Origin: Acholeplasmataceae bacterium
Lineage (GTDB): Bacteria; Bacillota_I; Bacilli_A; Acholeplasmatales; Acholeplasmataceae
Assembly (NCBI GenBank): GCA_963675245.1
Contig: OY775910.1
Coordinates: 672,001 to 736,000, forward strand
Direction of reading: 5' to 3'
DNA: 64,000 bases
Every line of letters starts with the position of its first letter. Position 1 is the first letter of the stretch. Positions 52,648 through 64,000 of the stretch are shown piece after piece. A model generated the notes under the pieces. The model saw only the letters and a program-made list of their open reading frames with translations, had not been told where the DNA came from and searched no databases. The position numbers and the translations under genes are program-made.

Positions 52648-53772
52648 ATGAAAAAAGTTCTATTATCAATGATTTTATTAGCTTTGACGTTTGTATTATT
52701 CGCATGTGATCCATACAATGTGGATAGTTTTAGAGAAGGCGACATTGTTGAGATGTCCAATGATGATGTAGTAAGTATGTTAAGTGCTGTAGATTGGGAA
52801 GCTGCTGGGGAAGCGATACAATTAGATATTCACGCTGATGTCGATATTCAAACCGAATCATCTTCAAGCTTTTTTGATTCCAATTTTGAATCAAGTGTTG
52901 ATTTAAATGCGGTTTTCGATTCAACAACCTATGTTCAATACAGTGATTTAATTTCGGATGTTGCTCTTCATTCTGAATCAGAATTAGAATTTAGTTATGA
53001 CACAGAAACTACATTTAATGCATCAACAACATCGGTAGATATGAGTGGATCTGGCGCATTAAATGTTTACTTTAGTGAAGGATTCCTCTATGTTAATCCG
53101 AGTGTAGATATGTCATCAAATGGTACAGAATTTTCAATCAGTGGAAAAGAAAAGTTGAATGAAGAAGTCACACAAGCGATGTGGAATGAGTTTAACAATG
53201 AAATAAATATCGGTGATGTAAACCCAGGTGGGATGACATCTATTTATGATATAATGACCGAATTACTTGTATTATTTGACGAAGAACACACGGCAGATTT
53301 TCTTGAAGCATTCCCAATGATTACAGTATATCAAAAGGGAACAGTAACGAATGTTCATTTTGAAGTTGATAAAGCATTTATTTTAGAACACGCAGAAGAT
53401 TTATTAGTTTTTATGTTTGATATGATGGTAGAATCTGGTGAAGAAGTTTTTACACCTGAAGAAATTTCAGCAGAAATTATTGATGCCTTGGCAGAACTCA
53501 ATGAGTATATGGATTATTTTGACGTACTTAGCATGTCCATGGATATCATCATTGATGGTGGGAATCTTGTTAAATACGCAGCTTCAATGACGATGAAAAC
53601 AGTCACAGGATCACTTGATGATTTGGGTGCCGCAATAGATATTACATTTTCAATAGAAGCGAATTTCGGTGTGAACCTACCGAGTTTCCCTAACGATTTA
53701 GGTGATTATACACCGGTTGATGAGATCGGTGAAAATTATGATTTTAGTTCAATGGTGACTTTAGTAAATTAA
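52648..53772 (+). CDS. Hypothetical acidic lipoprotein
   Basis: Lipobox LFAC; GGGAGG RBS. Confidence 0.8.
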   Translation: MKKVLLSMILLALTFVLFACDPYNVDSFREGDIVEMSNDDVVSMLSAVDWEAAGEAIQLDIHADVDIQTESSSSFFDSNFESSVDLNAVFDSTTYVQYSDLISDVALHSESELEFSYDTETTFNASTTSVDMSGSGALNVYFSEGFLYVNPSVDMSSNGTEFSISGKEKLNEEVTQAMWNEFNNEINIGDVNPGGMTSIYDIMTELLVLFDEEHTADFLEAFPMITVYQKGTVTNVHFEVDKAFILEHAEDLLVFMFDMMVESGEEVFTPEEISAEIIDALAELNEYMDYFDVLSMSMDIIIDGGNLVKYAASMTMKTVTGSLDDLGAAIDITFSIEANFGVNLPSFPNDLGDYTPVDEIGENYDFSSMVTLVN

Positions 53773-53782
53773 ATGACAAAAT

Positions 53783-53808
53783 AAAAAGGGCGTCAAGCCC
53801 TTTTTTCT
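53783..53808. terminator. Bidirectional terminator
   Basis: AAAAAGGGC/GCCCTTTTTT between convergent genes. Confidence 0.8.
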
Positions 53809-55293
53809 TTATCTATTTTTTAAATGTGGGAACAAGATAACGTCTCTGATGTTTGGTGTGTTAGTAACAAGCATAATGAAACGGTCAATACCGATACCTA
53901 GACCACCGGTTGGTGGCATACCATACTCCAAGGCTTCTACGAAGTCAACATCCATTTCGTTTGCTTCATCATTGCCAAGTTCTTTTTCTTTTAATTGATT
54001 TTCAAATCGTTCTCTTTGATCAATTGGATCATTTAGTTCTGAGAATGCGTTTGCGTATTCACTCTTCATGATGAATAATTCAAAACGATCTGTAAAACGT
54101 GGATCTTCCTCGTTTTTCTTTGCTAATGGACTGATTTCAATTGGATGTCCATAAACCATCGTTGGTTGAATAATTGTATCTTCAACGAATTGATCAAAGA
54201 AGGCTTCAACGATATGTCCAAATGCGAAGTGTTTCTGTACGTCAACATGATGTTTCTTAGCAATCGCTTTTGCTTCCTCTAGCGTGAGTGATTGCCAGAA
54301 ATCAACACCAGTCACTTCTTTAATCGCGTCTACCATGTGAACTCTTTTCCAAGGTGCTTCCATGTGAAGTACTTGATCTTGGAATTGAATATCGTAAGTG
54401 CCTAAGATTTCTTTTGTGACAGTTGAAAGACAACCCTCGACAACATCCATCATATCACCCATATCTGCATATGCAAGATAGGCTTCAATGGTTGTGAATT
54501 CCGGATTATGTTTTGCATCCATACCTTCATTTCTAAATAGTCTACCAATTTCATAAACAGCTTCCATACCACCAACGATTAAACGTTTAAGTGGAAGTTC
54601 GGTTGCTATTCTTAAGTAGAAATCCATATCTAGTGTATTGTGATGTGTAACAAATGGTCGTGCAGCTGCACCACCTAAAACACTTTGTAAGACAGGTGTT
54701 TCAACTTCAATAAATCCTTTGGAATCAAAATAGTTTTGAATGGCACGAATGACTTTTGGTCTAGTCATAGCGACACGACGCGCATCTTCATTAACAATTA
54801 AATCAACATAACGACGACGTCTAGATTCCTCTTTATCTTGAAGACCATGAAATTTATCCGGAAGTGGTCTTAATGCTTTTGTTAAATGTGTGTATATGTC
54901 TGCTTTAACAGTTAACTCACCCGTATTCGTTCTAAATACATAACCTTTAATGCCGACGATGTCACCCAAATCAGATTGTTTAAAGACTTCATAAGCATCT
55001 TCACCGATAATGTCTTTTCTTACATAGACTTGAATTTGACCGTCACGATCTTGGATATGCATAAAACCAGCTTTACCTTGACGACGTTTTAAAACGATAC
55101 GTCCGGCAATGCTAACGACTGCGTGTTGTTCCTCTAAGGCATCATGATCGAATGCATCATATACATCAAAAATATCTTTTGTGTGATGAGTTCTTTCATA
55201 TTTTTGTCCAAAGGGATCAATTCCCTTTGTTTTAAGCTCGTGAGCCTTCTCTCTACGAACCTGCTGTTGTTCAGTTATGTCTTCTGGATACAT
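53809..55293 (-). CDS. lysS: Lysine--tRNA ligase (class II)
   Basis: [33 protein letters not shown]. Confidence 0.98.
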   Translation of the reverse strand: MYPEDITEQQQVRREKAHELKTKGIDPFGQKYERTHHTKDIFDVYDAFDHDALEEQHAVVSIAGRIVLKRRQGKAGFMHIQDRDGQIQVYVRKDIIGEDAYEVFKQSDLGDIVGIKGYVFRTNTGELTVKADIYTHLTKALRPLPDKFHGLQDKEESRRRRYVDLIVNEDARRVAMTRPKVIRAIQNYFDSKGFIEVETPVLQSVLGGAAARPFVTHHNTLDMDFYLRIATELPLKRLIVGGMEAVYEIGRLFRNEGMDAKHNPEFTTIEAYLAYADMGDMMDVVEGCLSTVTKEILGTYDIQFQDQVLHMEAPWKRVHMVDAIKEVTGVDFWQSLTLEEAKAIAKKHHVDVQKHFAFGHIVEAFFDQFVEDTIIQPTMVYGHPIEISPLAKKNEEDPRFTDRFELFIMKSEYANAFSELNDPIDQRERFENQLKEKELGNDEANEMDVDFVEALEYGMPPTGGLGIGIDRFIMLVTNTPNIRDVILFPHLKNR

Positions 55294-55348
55294 AAGGATC
55301 CTCCTTGTTTCTATTTAATATATTACCATAGAAAAAGCCATAAGTGCG

Positions 55349-55594
55349 TTATGGCTTTCGCTTTTCTTCAATCAGTTCATACATTAAATGGTCTTTAATT
55401 GGGGTAAGGCTTGTGACTTTAAGGGTAGTTGTTTTTTGGCCAAGTCGTAATGTTAATTCATCACCAACCTCAACATCTTTTGAAGGTTTAGCTACTTTTC
55501 CGTTTATTTCAACACGATCTTTTGTCGCCGCCTCTTTTGCAATCGTTCGACGTTTAATGATTCTAGCGACTTTTAAATACTTATCAAGCCGCAT
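55349..55594 (-). CDS. S4-domain ribosome-associated protein (YabO/RqcP/HslR-like)
   Basis: [29 protein letters not shown]. Confidence 0.9.
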   Translation of the reverse strand: MRLDKYLKVARIIKRRTIAKEAATKDRVEINGKVAKPSKDVEVGDELTLRLGQKTTTLKVTSLTPIKDHLMYELIEEKRKP

Positions 55595-57518
55595 CAGGAT
55601 TCAATTTAACATCAGCTTTTGGTTGATGTTTTTCTTCCCACCAAACAAGTTTACCTGTTTCATGAATTTCTTCAATATCTGATTGATTAAGTGTTTCTAC
55701 TTCAACCAAATAATGGGCAATTGCATCTAGTAATTTACGCTCATGTGTAATGATTTCTTTTGCTTCAATGTAACAATCGTTAATAATATGTCTTACTTCA
55801 CTGTCAATTTCAAGAGCTATTTGATCAGAGAAGTTCTTTTCTTTCATATAATCACGGCCTAAGAATACGTTACCACCTCTTTTTTCGTATTGGATAGGAC
55901 CGAGATCGGACATACCATATTCAGTGACCATTGCTCTAGCGATGGCTGTTGCATTTTGGAAGTCGTTATATGCACCTGTTGTGACTGTATCAAACACTGT
56001 TTCTTCAGCGACACGGCCACCAAGAAGAGAAGTAATTTTAGCAAGAAGCGAATGTTTCGTTTCTAAGAATTTTTCTTCTGCAGGGGTCATAAGGTTATAA
56101 CCACCAGCTTGTCCACGAGGGATAATCGTTACTTTTCTAACGATATTAGCATCTTTTAATTTTAAACCGATAACAGCGTGTCCCGCTTCATGATATGCAA
56201 CAGTTTTCTTTTCGCTTTCGGAATACTTACGGCTTTTCTTAGCTGGACCCATCATGACACGATCAATTGCTTCATCTAAATCTTTTGGTAAGACAGATGT
56301 TCTATTATCACGTGCGGCTAATAAAGCAGCTTCATTTAACAAGTTTTCAATATCAGCACCACTAAATCCTGGAATCTTTGTAGCGAATTCATCAAATTTA
56401 ATAGACACATCAAATTTTTTATTACGGGCATGAACTTTAAGAATTGCTTCACGACCTCTAACATCAGGAAGACTAATCGTAATTTGTCTATCAAAACGAC
56501 CAGGTCTTAACAGCGCAGGGTCTAATACATCAGGACGGTTGGTTGCTGCCATGATGATAATACCCATATTAGATGTGAAACCATCCATTTCAACGAGTAA
56601 TTGGTTAAGTGTTTGTTCACGTTCATCGTGACCACCACCAAGACCAGCACCACGTTGGCGACCAACAGCATCAATTTCATCAATGAATAAAATACATGGT
56701 GAATTCTCTTTAGCAACTTTAAACAAGTCCCTTACTCTAGAAGCACCGACCCCAACGAACATTTCAACAAAATCAGAACCTGAAATTGAGAAGAATGGGA
56801 CGTTTGCTTCACCAGCAACAGCCTTAGCTAATAATGTTTTACCTGTACCTGGAGAACCGACAAGAAGTACACCTTTAGGAATTCTGGCACCCATATCAAC
56901 ATATTTTTTAGGGGTTTTAAGGAAGTCAATAAGTTCTTCCATTTCTTGTTTTTCTTCTTCAACTCCAGCAACATCTTTAAATGTTACTGTTTTTTCACGG
57001 TTTAAACGGGCACGGTTTTTTGCGAAATCAAACGCTCTGTTATTTTGTGAGTTTGCATTTCTAAAGATAAAGAATAATGCACCGATAATCACAATCGTAG
57101 GAACAAGATAAATTAGAATTGTCCAAATATTAATACCAGATAATGGAATAATAGCTGTCGTACCGCCATAACCATCGACAACTTCTAAGATATAATCAGC
57201 ATCATCAATACGCATGGTGTTTTCAAATCCAACAGCACCACCATAATTGGCTTGATACTGCTCATAAAATGTACCTTTGATGGTAACAAGATCCCAGTTT
57301 TCTCCACCAACTAGTTCATACGAAACAGATTCAATATAATGATTTTCTGCAGCTGTAACTATTTCTGCAGGGCTTAGCTCAGTGGTTTGTTCAGATAATG
57401 CATCGCGTAAGAAAATAATAATCGCGATAACGATAATGATTGTGAAAATAATGATTAAATAATCAGGACGCTTCCTGAACTCAGGGCGTTTAGTAGGTTT
57501 TTTTGGTTGTTGATTCAT
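55584..57518 (-). CDS. ftsH: ATP-dependent zinc metalloprotease FtsH
   Basis: Two TM helices, [27 protein letters not shown]. Confidence 0.98.
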   Translation of the reverse strand: MNQQPKKPTKRPEFRKRPDYLIIIFTIIIVIAIIIFLRDALSEQTTELSPAEIVTAAENHYIESVSYELVGGENWDLVTIKGTFYEQYQANYGGAVGFENTMRIDDADYILEVVDGYGGTTAIIPLSGINIWTILIYLVPTIVIIGALFFIFRNANSQNNRAFDFAKNRARLNREKTVTFKDVAGVEEEKQEMEELIDFLKTPKKYVDMGARIPKGVLLVGSPGTGKTLLAKAVAGEANVPFFSISGSDFVEMFVGVGASRVRDLFKVAKENSPCILFIDEIDAVGRQRGAGLGGGHDEREQTLNQLLVEMDGFTSNMGIIIMAATNRPDVLDPALLRPGRFDRQITISLPDVRGREAILKVHARNKKFDVSIKFDEFATKIPGFSGADIENLLNEAALLAARDNRTSVLPKDLDEAIDRVMMGPAKKSRKYSESEKKTVAYHEAGHAVIGLKLKDANIVRKVTIIPRGQAGGYNLMTPAEEKFLETKHSLLAKITSLLGGRVAEETVFDTVTTGAYNDFQNATAIARAMVTEYGMSDLGPIQYEKRGGNVFLGRDYMKEKNFSDQIALEIDSEVRHIINDCYIEAKEIITHERKLLDAIAHYLVEVETLNQSDIEEIHETGKLVWWEEKHQPKADVKLNPDAA

Positions 57519-57532
57519 TCATACACCTCAAA

Positions 57533-58072
57533 TTATTTTGAATATACTTCTGGTTTAAGGATGCCCACATAAGGCAAGTTTCGATAAAGCTCATCATAGT
57601 CAAGACCATAACCGACGACGAATGCCTTCGGAATTGTTTTACCAATATAATCTGGAATAAAAGGCACAAGACGACCTTCTGGCTTATCTAACAATGTGAC
57701 GACTTTAACACTGGTTGCACCACGATGCTTAAATAACTTAACAATCGTGTCTAATGTTTTACCCGTATCGACAATGTCTTCAACGATTAAAACATTTCTT
57801 CCAGTGAGTGAAAAATCTAAATCCATTTTGATTTTAACATCACCAGATGAACTAATACCACCATGATAACTGCTAACGGACATATATGCTATTTCAACTG
57901 GTAAATCGATCTTTTTAGCAAGATCTGATAAGAAAGGTACACAACCTTTTAAAAGACCAACAAGAAGAAGATGCTTACCTTCATAATCTTTCGTTATTTG
58001 ATCACCTAACTGCTCACAAATGGTTCGAATGTCTTTTTCTGAGACGAGTATTTCGCTGACATCACGATGCAT
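57533..58072 (-). CDS. hpt: Hypoxanthine phosphoribosyltransferase
   Basis: LLKG, VEDIVDTGKT, FVVGYGLDY. Start at 58072 (AAGGAG RBS). Confidence 0.96.
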   Translation of the reverse strand: MHRDVSEILVSEKDIRTICEQLGDQITKDYEGKHLLLVGLLKGCVPFLSDLAKKIDLPVEIAYMSVSSYHGGISSSGDVKIKMDLDFSLTGRNVLIVEDIVDTGKTLDTIVKLFKHRGATSVKVVTLLDKPEGRLVPFIPDYIGKTIPKAFVVGYGLDYDELYRNLPYVGILKPEVYSK

Positions 58073-59354
58073 GGTCATTCTCCTTAAGTGCGAAGTATAA
58101 ACTATTTTCATTTCCTAATGTTTCATTCATATAATGATCTTGAACCCAAAGGATTTCACCCTCATTATCAACAAGAATCCATAATCTGTTTCTTGTTAAC
58201 ATAGGGACCTTTTCGTCTATCAAAAGCTTTTTAAGCTTTTTATGACCATAGGGATAAGATAACATATCTCCATCTTTACGGTACCGAAGCCATAAAGGAA
58301 ACGCTAATTTATTATAACATAATTTTTGTAATTCTTCAGTTTTGACGTGGGATTTATCTAAAAATGTGAAAATCGCCATATTCGGTAGTTTTGTTTCACC
58401 ATCTTTTACCTTAATAAGGACGTCAAGTGATGGTTTTAACACCTCAATTTCAGCAAGATCATAATGTCTTACAAAATAATGATTAGCATCAATTCGGTAA
58501 GTTTTATTTGGTGCTTTTTTATGAAGAATGTCTTTGATTGTAGAGATTTTTTCATAAGATACTTGCACACGCGCTTCTTCTAATAAATAGGCGATAATAT
58601 CGTCTTGAACAGCATCATCAAGTTTCAAGTAAGAAGGTATATTAATGATCTGTTTTCCTTTTAGATAAGCAAGTGATGTTTTTCTAATAAACCTAAATGC
58701 TGCAGTTAATTGATAATGAAATTGTTTGGTTTGATTAAGAAGATCACTGTTTTCTTGCATCATTACTGGCACAATTGCGTGACGATACCTGTTTCTTAAA
58801 TAAGCATCACCATCATTTGATTCATCTTCCATATAAGGGACTTCATTTACTTTTGCATATGCTATTAATTTTTCTTTAGAAATATATAAGAAAGGTTTTA
58901 TAAAGGTAATTTCCTTGTCTTTATGACATTGTTGCATGCCGGCATAACCAAGTAAATTACTGCCTCTTGTTAACTTCATCAAAACAGATTCCAAAAGATC
59001 ATCTAAATGATGTGCGGTTAAAATAAATCTCGCATGTGCAACTTTTGCGACATCATGTAAATACTGTTGTCTTAAAATGTGTGCTTGGTGGTGGAAATTA
59101 CCATCTTCAATATCAATTGTGTAGTAATGATAAGGAATATCATATAATGAGCAGTAATGCTTTACTAAATCCGCTTCCTCAGCCGATTGTTCTCTTTGTT
59201 GATGATTAAAATGGACAACTTCAATATTAAAATCTTGGCGTATGAAAAAATCCAGCATTGTCATTGAATCGACACCACCACTTACGGACAAGATTAATAA
59301 GTCTTTTTTTGAAATCCCGCAATCGGATTGTAATGCTTTTAACACTTTTTCCAT
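58062..59354 (-). CDS. tilS: tRNA(Ile)-lysidine synthetase
   Basis: SGGVDS, TAHHLDD, DESN..YLRNRYR; tilS-hpt-ftsH synteny. Confidence 0.95.
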   Translation of the reverse strand: MEKVLKALQSDCGISKKDLLILSVSGGVDSMTMLDFFIRQDFNIEVVHFNHQQREQSAEEADLVKHYCSLYDIPYHYYTIDIEDGNFHHQAHILRQQYLHDVAKVAHARFILTAHHLDDLLESVLMKLTRGSNLLGYAGMQQCHKDKEITFIKPFLYISKEKLIAYAKVNEVPYMEDESNDGDAYLRNRYRHAIVPVMMQENSDLLNQTKQFHYQLTAAFRFIRKTSLAYLKGKQIINIPSYLKLDDAVQDDIIAYLLEEARVQVSYEKISTIKDILHKKAPNKTYRIDANHYFVRHYDLAEIEVLKPSLDVLIKVKDGETKLPNMAIFTFLDKSHVKTEELQKLCYNKLAFPLWLRYRKDGDMLSYPYGHKKLKKLLIDEKVPMLTRNRLWILVDNEGEILWVQDHYMNETLGNENSLYFALKENDHAS

Positions 59355-59455
59355 AGGAACCTCCACCACCTTCATTATAACACTTGTTTACGTAAAGAAG
59401 GAGATGCATATGATTACTCTCATGTTATAATGATACCGTTAAAGGAGGCACGGTT

Positions 59456-60010
59456 ATGCTTATATTGGCTAGTGGTTCACCTAGACGTGCAAAATTACTT
59501 AAAGATGCGGGACTTCAATTTACAACCATTGTTAGTGATATTGAAGAGATATTTGATCCTAATCAAAAACCTGAAGAAATTGTTGTAAATCTCGCTTTAC
59601 AAAAGGCAAATTCTGTGTTTTTAAACCACTCGGAAGATACAGTTATTGCTGCTGACACGATTGTTGTTTTTGGTGATAGAATTCTTGGTAAACCTCAAGA
59701 TGAAAAAGAAGCGTATGACATGTTAAAACTTCTTTCCAATGAAACACATGAAGTATATACGGGAGTTGCCATTTTAAAAGGCGATCAAAAACGATCATTT
59801 TATACAAAAAGTGAAGTTACAATGAAAGCTTTATCCGATTTAGAAATCAATAATTATATCAGTACCGGAGAACCAATGGACAAAGCTGGTGCTTACGGTA
59901 TTCAAAGTGGTGGCGGTGAACTCGTTGATCACTTTAGTGGTGACTTCTTCACCATTGTTGGCTTACCATTAAAAGATGTCTTACAAACATTAAAAGAAAT
60001 AGAAGCCTGA
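59456..60010 (+). CDS. maf: Maf family nucleoside triphosphate pyrophosphatase
   Basis: ILASGSPRR, AADTIV, DKAGAYGIQ, VGLP. Confidence 0.95.
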   Translation: MLILASGSPRRAKLLKDAGLQFTTIVSDIEEIFDPNQKPEEIVVNLALQKANSVFLNHSEDTVIAADTIVVFGDRILGKPQDEKEAYDMLKLLSNETHEVYTGVAILKGDQKRSFYTKSEVTMKALSDLEINNYISTGEPMDKAGAYGIQSGGGELVDHFSGDFFTIVGLPLKDVLQTLKEIEA

Positions 60011-60027
60011 TGAACCAGGCTTTTTCT
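60001..60027 (+). terminator. Terminator after maf
   Basis: AAGCCTG/CAGGCTT followed by T tract. Confidence 0.7.
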
Positions 60028-60111
60028 ATGCTGTTGTAGAGATATAGTATAAAAACGTATATAATATATGTATCAATGAATGTTAAATGAAGCAGTTAAA
60101 GGGGTGTCAAT

Positions 60112-62427
60112 ATGACATTTGAAGATAAAACAAAACTATTAGAAGGATATAATGTTTGGCAAACAAAGCCACTTAATAATTTGCCATCAATCACGATGGC
60201 TGATGGTCCTCATGGTATTAGAAAACAAGTTGATATTAATGATACTGTTGGTGCAAAAGGCAGCACAAATGCGACTTGCTTCCCAACTGCCAGCCTTATG
60301 GCTTGTAGTTTTGATAGAGAGCTCATTAAAAAGCAAGCAACACTTATTGGTAAGGAAGCAAGACATTTTGGTGTAAATATTGTTTTAGGTCCAGGAATTA
60401 ACATCAAAAGAAGCCCACTTTGCGGACGTAATTTTGAATATTATTCAGAAGATCCTAAATTATCTGGTGAATATGGCGCAGAATTCGTGCGTGGATTAGA
60501 AGATCAAGGTGTTGGAGCAACCCCTAAACATTTTTTCTGTAACAATCAAGAAAAACATCGTTTCACAGTCAATAGTATTGTTGATGAGCGCGCCCTGCAT
60601 GAAATCTATTTAGCACCATTTAAACGAGTGATTGCAGAAAACCCAGCGCAATTGATGACAAGTTATAATCTCATTAATGGTTATTATGCAGCGGAACATC
60701 CAATCATCAATAATCTTGTTAGAAATCGTTGGGGATATCAAGGCGTTATCGTCTCCGATTGGGGTGGTATTAATCATCGTCCAGCATCCATATTAGCGTC
60801 ATGTGATTTAGAAATGCCTAATTCACAAGGGTATCACACACATATACTCTTTAATGTGGCACAACATGATGTTGATTTAAAAAGACAAATCGATAGATCT
60901 GCTGAACGTATTACACAATTAGTCCATCACTACTCCAAAACAGAACCAATCGAAGTTGATTTTGATAAGCATCATGAACAAGCAAGACTAATGGCGCGAG
61001 AATCAATGGTGCTATTAAGAAACAAAGACAACATATTACCTTTAAATGATAAAGAAAATGTCGCGATTATTTCTGGTTTTATTGATCATATAAGATATCA
61101 AGGTGGTGGATCATCACATATTAATCCAACACAAGTACCACAAATTAAACATATAATTGAAAACTACTCTAAAAATGCTAAAGTAGCTAAAGGTTTTAGA
61201 CTAGACGTTAAAACAAACGACAAAAAAATGATGCTAGAAGCGTTAGAACTAGCTAATCAAGCAAAAAAAGTTGTTTATATTGTTGGTGTTCCTGAGAAAT
61301 ACGAATCCGAAGGGTTCGACAGACTACACCTAAATATTCCACAAAATCAAATTGATTTATATCATGAAATATATAAATATAATCAAAACATCATTGTTGT
61401 TATATTAGGTGGATCAGTGATTAATGTTGAGTTTGCTGAATCAGCAAGAGGTATGCTTGCGGCATATTTAGGTGGTCAAGCAGCAAGCCAAGCTATATTA
61501 GACATACTCTATGGACGTGTAAATCCTTCGGGGAGATTAGCAGAAACATGGATTGATGATGCTAAAGAATGCAATGTTGAAATCTCTGATGATAATCACG
61601 CGATTTATTATGATGAATCTATATTCGTCGGGTATCGTTATTATGAAACGTTTAAAAAACAAACGAGATTTCCATTTGGTTATGGATTAAGTTATACCAA
61701 ATTCAGTTATAAAGATTTAACAGTCAAGCAAAGTGATGAAGACTATCATGTTAGTGTTACTGTTAGAAATATGGGACAAATTCTAGGTAAAGAGGTTGTT
61801 CAAATCTATGTGAAAAGCAATGAATCATCTGTTTTTAAAGCGACGAGAGAACTTAAAGCGTTTGATAAAATTGAATTAAAACCAGGTGAAGAAAAGACCG
61901 TATCATTTAAGCTTTTCAGAGATGATTTCGCATATTATGATTGGATTCAAAAGCGTTGGAATGTAGAAGAAGGCGACTATGTCATCGAAGTTGGTAAAAA
62001 TGCAAGACACATCATTGATGGTGTAGAAATTCATGTTCAAGGTCGAGAAATCAAACATCCTCTTATTAGCTATAATCAATATCACTATAATACATCAGAC
62101 TTTATTAAATTATATGGTAAATCATTACCACCTAAAAAGATTAAAGCGAAACGACCATTTACGATTAATAATACGTTAAATGATGTAAGTTCAACGCTCA
62201 TCGGTAGAATCTTTAGAAAACAAGCAATTAGACGTTCTAAAGCAGCGATTACTGGAGAAGTAGATCCCGCGATGCAAGAAGTCACACGCAGAGCGATTGT
62301 CGAAACACCCATGCGCATGCATAGTATTTTCAGCAATAAAGCAGTATCGCTTCAACAAATTGAAGGCATGATTGATATCATTAATTTAAAATTTAAAACA
62401 GGATTTAAGAAGTTGCGAAAAAAATAG
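60112..62427 (+). CDS. Glycoside hydrolase family 3 beta-glucosidase
   Basis: DGPHGIR, GRNFEYYSEDP, KHF, SDWG nucleophile motif, ESEGFDR, PFGYGLSYT, Fn3-like domain. Confidence 0.93.
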   Translation: MTFEDKTKLLEGYNVWQTKPLNNLPSITMADGPHGIRKQVDINDTVGAKGSTNATCFPTASLMACSFDRELIKKQATLIGKEARHFGVNIVLGPGINIKRSPLCGRNFEYYSEDPKLSGEYGAEFVRGLEDQGVGATPKHFFCNNQEKHRFTVNSIVDERALHEIYLAPFKRVIAENPAQLMTSYNLINGYYAAEHPIINNLVRNRWGYQGVIVSDWGGINHRPASILASCDLEMPNSQGYHTHILFNVAQHDVDLKRQIDRSAERITQLVHHYSKTEPIEVDFDKHHEQARLMARESMVLLRNKDNILPLNDKENVAIISGFIDHIRYQGGGSSHINPTQVPQIKHIIENYSKNAKVAKGFRLDVKTNDKKMMLEALELANQAKKVVYIVGVPEKYESEGFDRLHLNIPQNQIDLYHEIYKYNQNIIVVILGGSVINVEFAESARGMLAAYLGGQAASQAILDILYGRVNPSGRLAETWIDDAKECNVEISDDNHAIYYDESIFVGYRYYETFKKQTRFPFGYGLSYTKFSYKDLTVKQSDEDYHVSVTVRNMGQILGKEVVQIYVKSNESSVFKATRELKAFDKIELKPGEEKTVSFKLFRDDFAYYDWIQKRWNVEEGDYVIEVGKNARHIIDGVEIHVQGREIKHPLISYNQYHYNTSDFIKLYGKSLPPKKIKAKRPFTINNTLNDVSSTLIGRIFRKQAIRRSKAAITGEVDPAMQEVTRRAIVETPMRMHSIFSNKAVSLQQIEGMIDIINLKFKTGFKKLRKK

Positions 62428-62431
62428 GACA

Positions 62432-63325
62432 TCACTCGATGTCCTTTTTTCTACTTTCTTTGATTGCTAATAATTCATCCTTTTCGTAACGGTACTTCTT
62501 ATGGCAGAAATGACATTCGACTTCCGCGTGACCATCTTCCTCAATCATGTCATCTAAACTCTGATCATCAAGTGTTGATAGTGATCTCGCGAAACGTTCC
62601 TTAGAACAATTACAGACATAAGCAATAGGTCTTTTTGATAATATTTCTTCTGTACCATCCGACAATCTATGCATGATATCTTCAGGTGTTTCTCCTTGTT
62701 CGATGAGTGTAGAAATGGGTGGTATTGAAGATATAATCTTCTCGATTTTGGTTATCACGTCATCTGGACAACCAGGCATTAACTGCAAAATATAACCACC
62801 GGCAGCTAAGACGCTTTGATCAATGTTCACAAGAACACCTACACCAACGGATGATGGTATTTGATCAGATAGTGTGAAATAGTAGGTAAAGTCATCTCCG
62901 ATTTCACCGGTTTGTAATTCGGAAGAAGATGTGAAATACTCACGCATATTCAAATCTTTTGTCACAAATAAAAAGCCACGTCCCACAGCAGCACCCACAT
63001 TTAACTTGCCTGCATTGGGACCACTGTTATATGTTAAGTAAACTTCAGGATTCGCTATCTCTCCACGAACTTCACCACTACCATCAGCTTCGACAGTCAT
63101 GGACCCGATTGGACCATCACCTTTAATACGGACAGTAATTCGCTCACCCTCCTTATACATGAGCCCCATCATCGCGGAAACAGTTAAAACACGACCTAAA
63201 GCAGCTGTCGCAGTTGGCCATGTTTGATGTCGTTTTCTAGCTTCATTCACAAGCGCTGTTGATGATGCGGTATAGATTCTTACAGATTTATTATAAGCAT
63301 ATCCGATTAATGCATAATCATTCAT
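62432..63325 (-). CDS. hslO: Hsp33 redox-regulated chaperone
   Basis: TAALGR, GDGPIG, SDQIPS, CNC..CHFC zinc motif. Confidence 0.95.
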   Translation of the reverse strand: MNDYALIGYAYNKSVRIYTASSTALVNEARKRHQTWPTATAALGRVLTVSAMMGLMYKEGERITVRIKGDGPIGSMTVEADGSGEVRGEIANPEVYLTYNSGPNAGKLNVGAAVGRGFLFVTKDLNMREYFTSSSELQTGEIGDDFTYYFTLSDQIPSSVGVGVLVNIDQSVLAAGGYILQLMPGCPDDVITKIEKIISSIPPISTLIEQGETPEDIMHRLSDGTEEILSKRPIAYVCNCSKERFARSLSTLDDQSLDDMIEEDGHAEVECHFCHKKYRYEKDELLAIKESRKKDIE

Positions 63326-63399
63326 TTTTTCACCTCAAACATATTGTAGCATATTTGATTGTCTATAGCGTTTCATGCTACAATGAATCGGGTGATTAA

Positions 63400-64000
63400 A
63401 TGTCATTTAAAATAGGAAATTTAGTGATTGAAAACAAGATTATATTAGCTCCTATGGCAGGTGTTTCAAATAGTTCTTTCCGCACATTAGCGAGACGTTA
63501 TGGTGCGGGTTTAGTGTATGCTGAAATGGTATCCGACAAAGGGTTATTGCATCAAAACGAAAAGACATTAGATCTGCTTTATATGACTGATTATGAGCGT
63601 CCAATGGCGCAACAAATCTTTGGTGCTGATAAAGAAACAATGGTTGAAGCAGCGATTTATGTTGATCAACACAGCAACTGCGATATTATTGATATTAATA
63701 TGGGTTGTCCTGTTCCTAAAGTGGCCGTTAAAGCCCAAGCGGGGGCATCACTTATGAAAGATCCAGATAAAATATTTGATATCATTAAAGCGATTAAAGA
63801 AAACGTCTCAAAACCGATCACAGTCAAAATAAGAGCTGGCTGGGATGATAGTAGTAAAAACGCTGTAGAGGTAGCAAAAAAAGCAGAAGCCGCTGGGGCT
63901 AGTGCGATTGCTGTTCATGGTAGAACACGCGCACAAGGTTATAGTGGATTTGCTGATTTAGAAATCATTAAAGCAGTGAAAGAAAACGTCTCTATCCCTG
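63400..64000 (+). CDS. dusB: tRNA-dihydrouridine synthase (truncated by window edge)
   Basis: Not in the ORF track: MSFKIGNLVIENKIILAPMAGVSN..EMVS..QIFG..IDINMGCP..VKIRAGWD..VHGRT. Confidence 0.93.
   Translation, partial: MSFKIGNLVIENKIILAPMAGVSNSSFRTLARRYGAGLVYAEMVSDKGLLHQNEKTLDLLYMTDYERPMAQQIFGADKETMVEAAIYVDQHSNCDIIDINMGCPVPKVAVKAQAGASLMKDPDKIFDIIKAIKENVSKPITVKIRAGWDDSSKNAVEVAKKAEAAGASAIAVHGRTRAQGYSGFADLEIIKAVKENVSIP

Overview
AT-rich chromosomal window spanning the replication origin of a Bacillota-derived bacterium, most likely Acholeplasmatales. This assignment is an inference from the low GC, the many lipoproteins, the reduced gene set and TGA being used as a stop codon. The left arm (minus strand) reads dnaA-dnaN-(small repeat protein)-yaaA-recF-gyrB-gyrA-phnDCEE, then a cluster of an XRE regulator, an SGNH hydrolase, an unknown protein and a PEP-utilising phosphotransferase. 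oriC, with a DnaA-box cluster, lies between dnaA and rpmH. The right arm reads rpmH-rnpA-yidC-jag, a C92-type hydrolase, rmuC, and an Asn T-box controlling a NYN nuclease gene plus asnS. Next is a ~12 kb locus: a CUT1 ABC transporter, a 1431-aa Ig/OB-fold/LTD surface lipoprotein and a PASTA-LTD-thermonuclease lipoprotein, preceded by an unannotated 28-aa leader ORF whose stop codon overlaps a terminator. The rest is galE, two DHH nanoRNases and housekeeping genes (ttcA, mnmE, dnaX, recR, rpoE, pyrG, fba, lysS, ftsH, hpt, tilS, maf, GH3, hslO, dusB). The best candidates for undescribed biology are the putative extracellular nucleic-acid capture/degradation/import system with its leader-peptide attenuator, the T-box-controlled NYN nuclease, and the phosphotransferase cluster. 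I saw no rRNA, tRNA, CRISPR array or transposase. All calls come from motif recognition only; no database searches were run.
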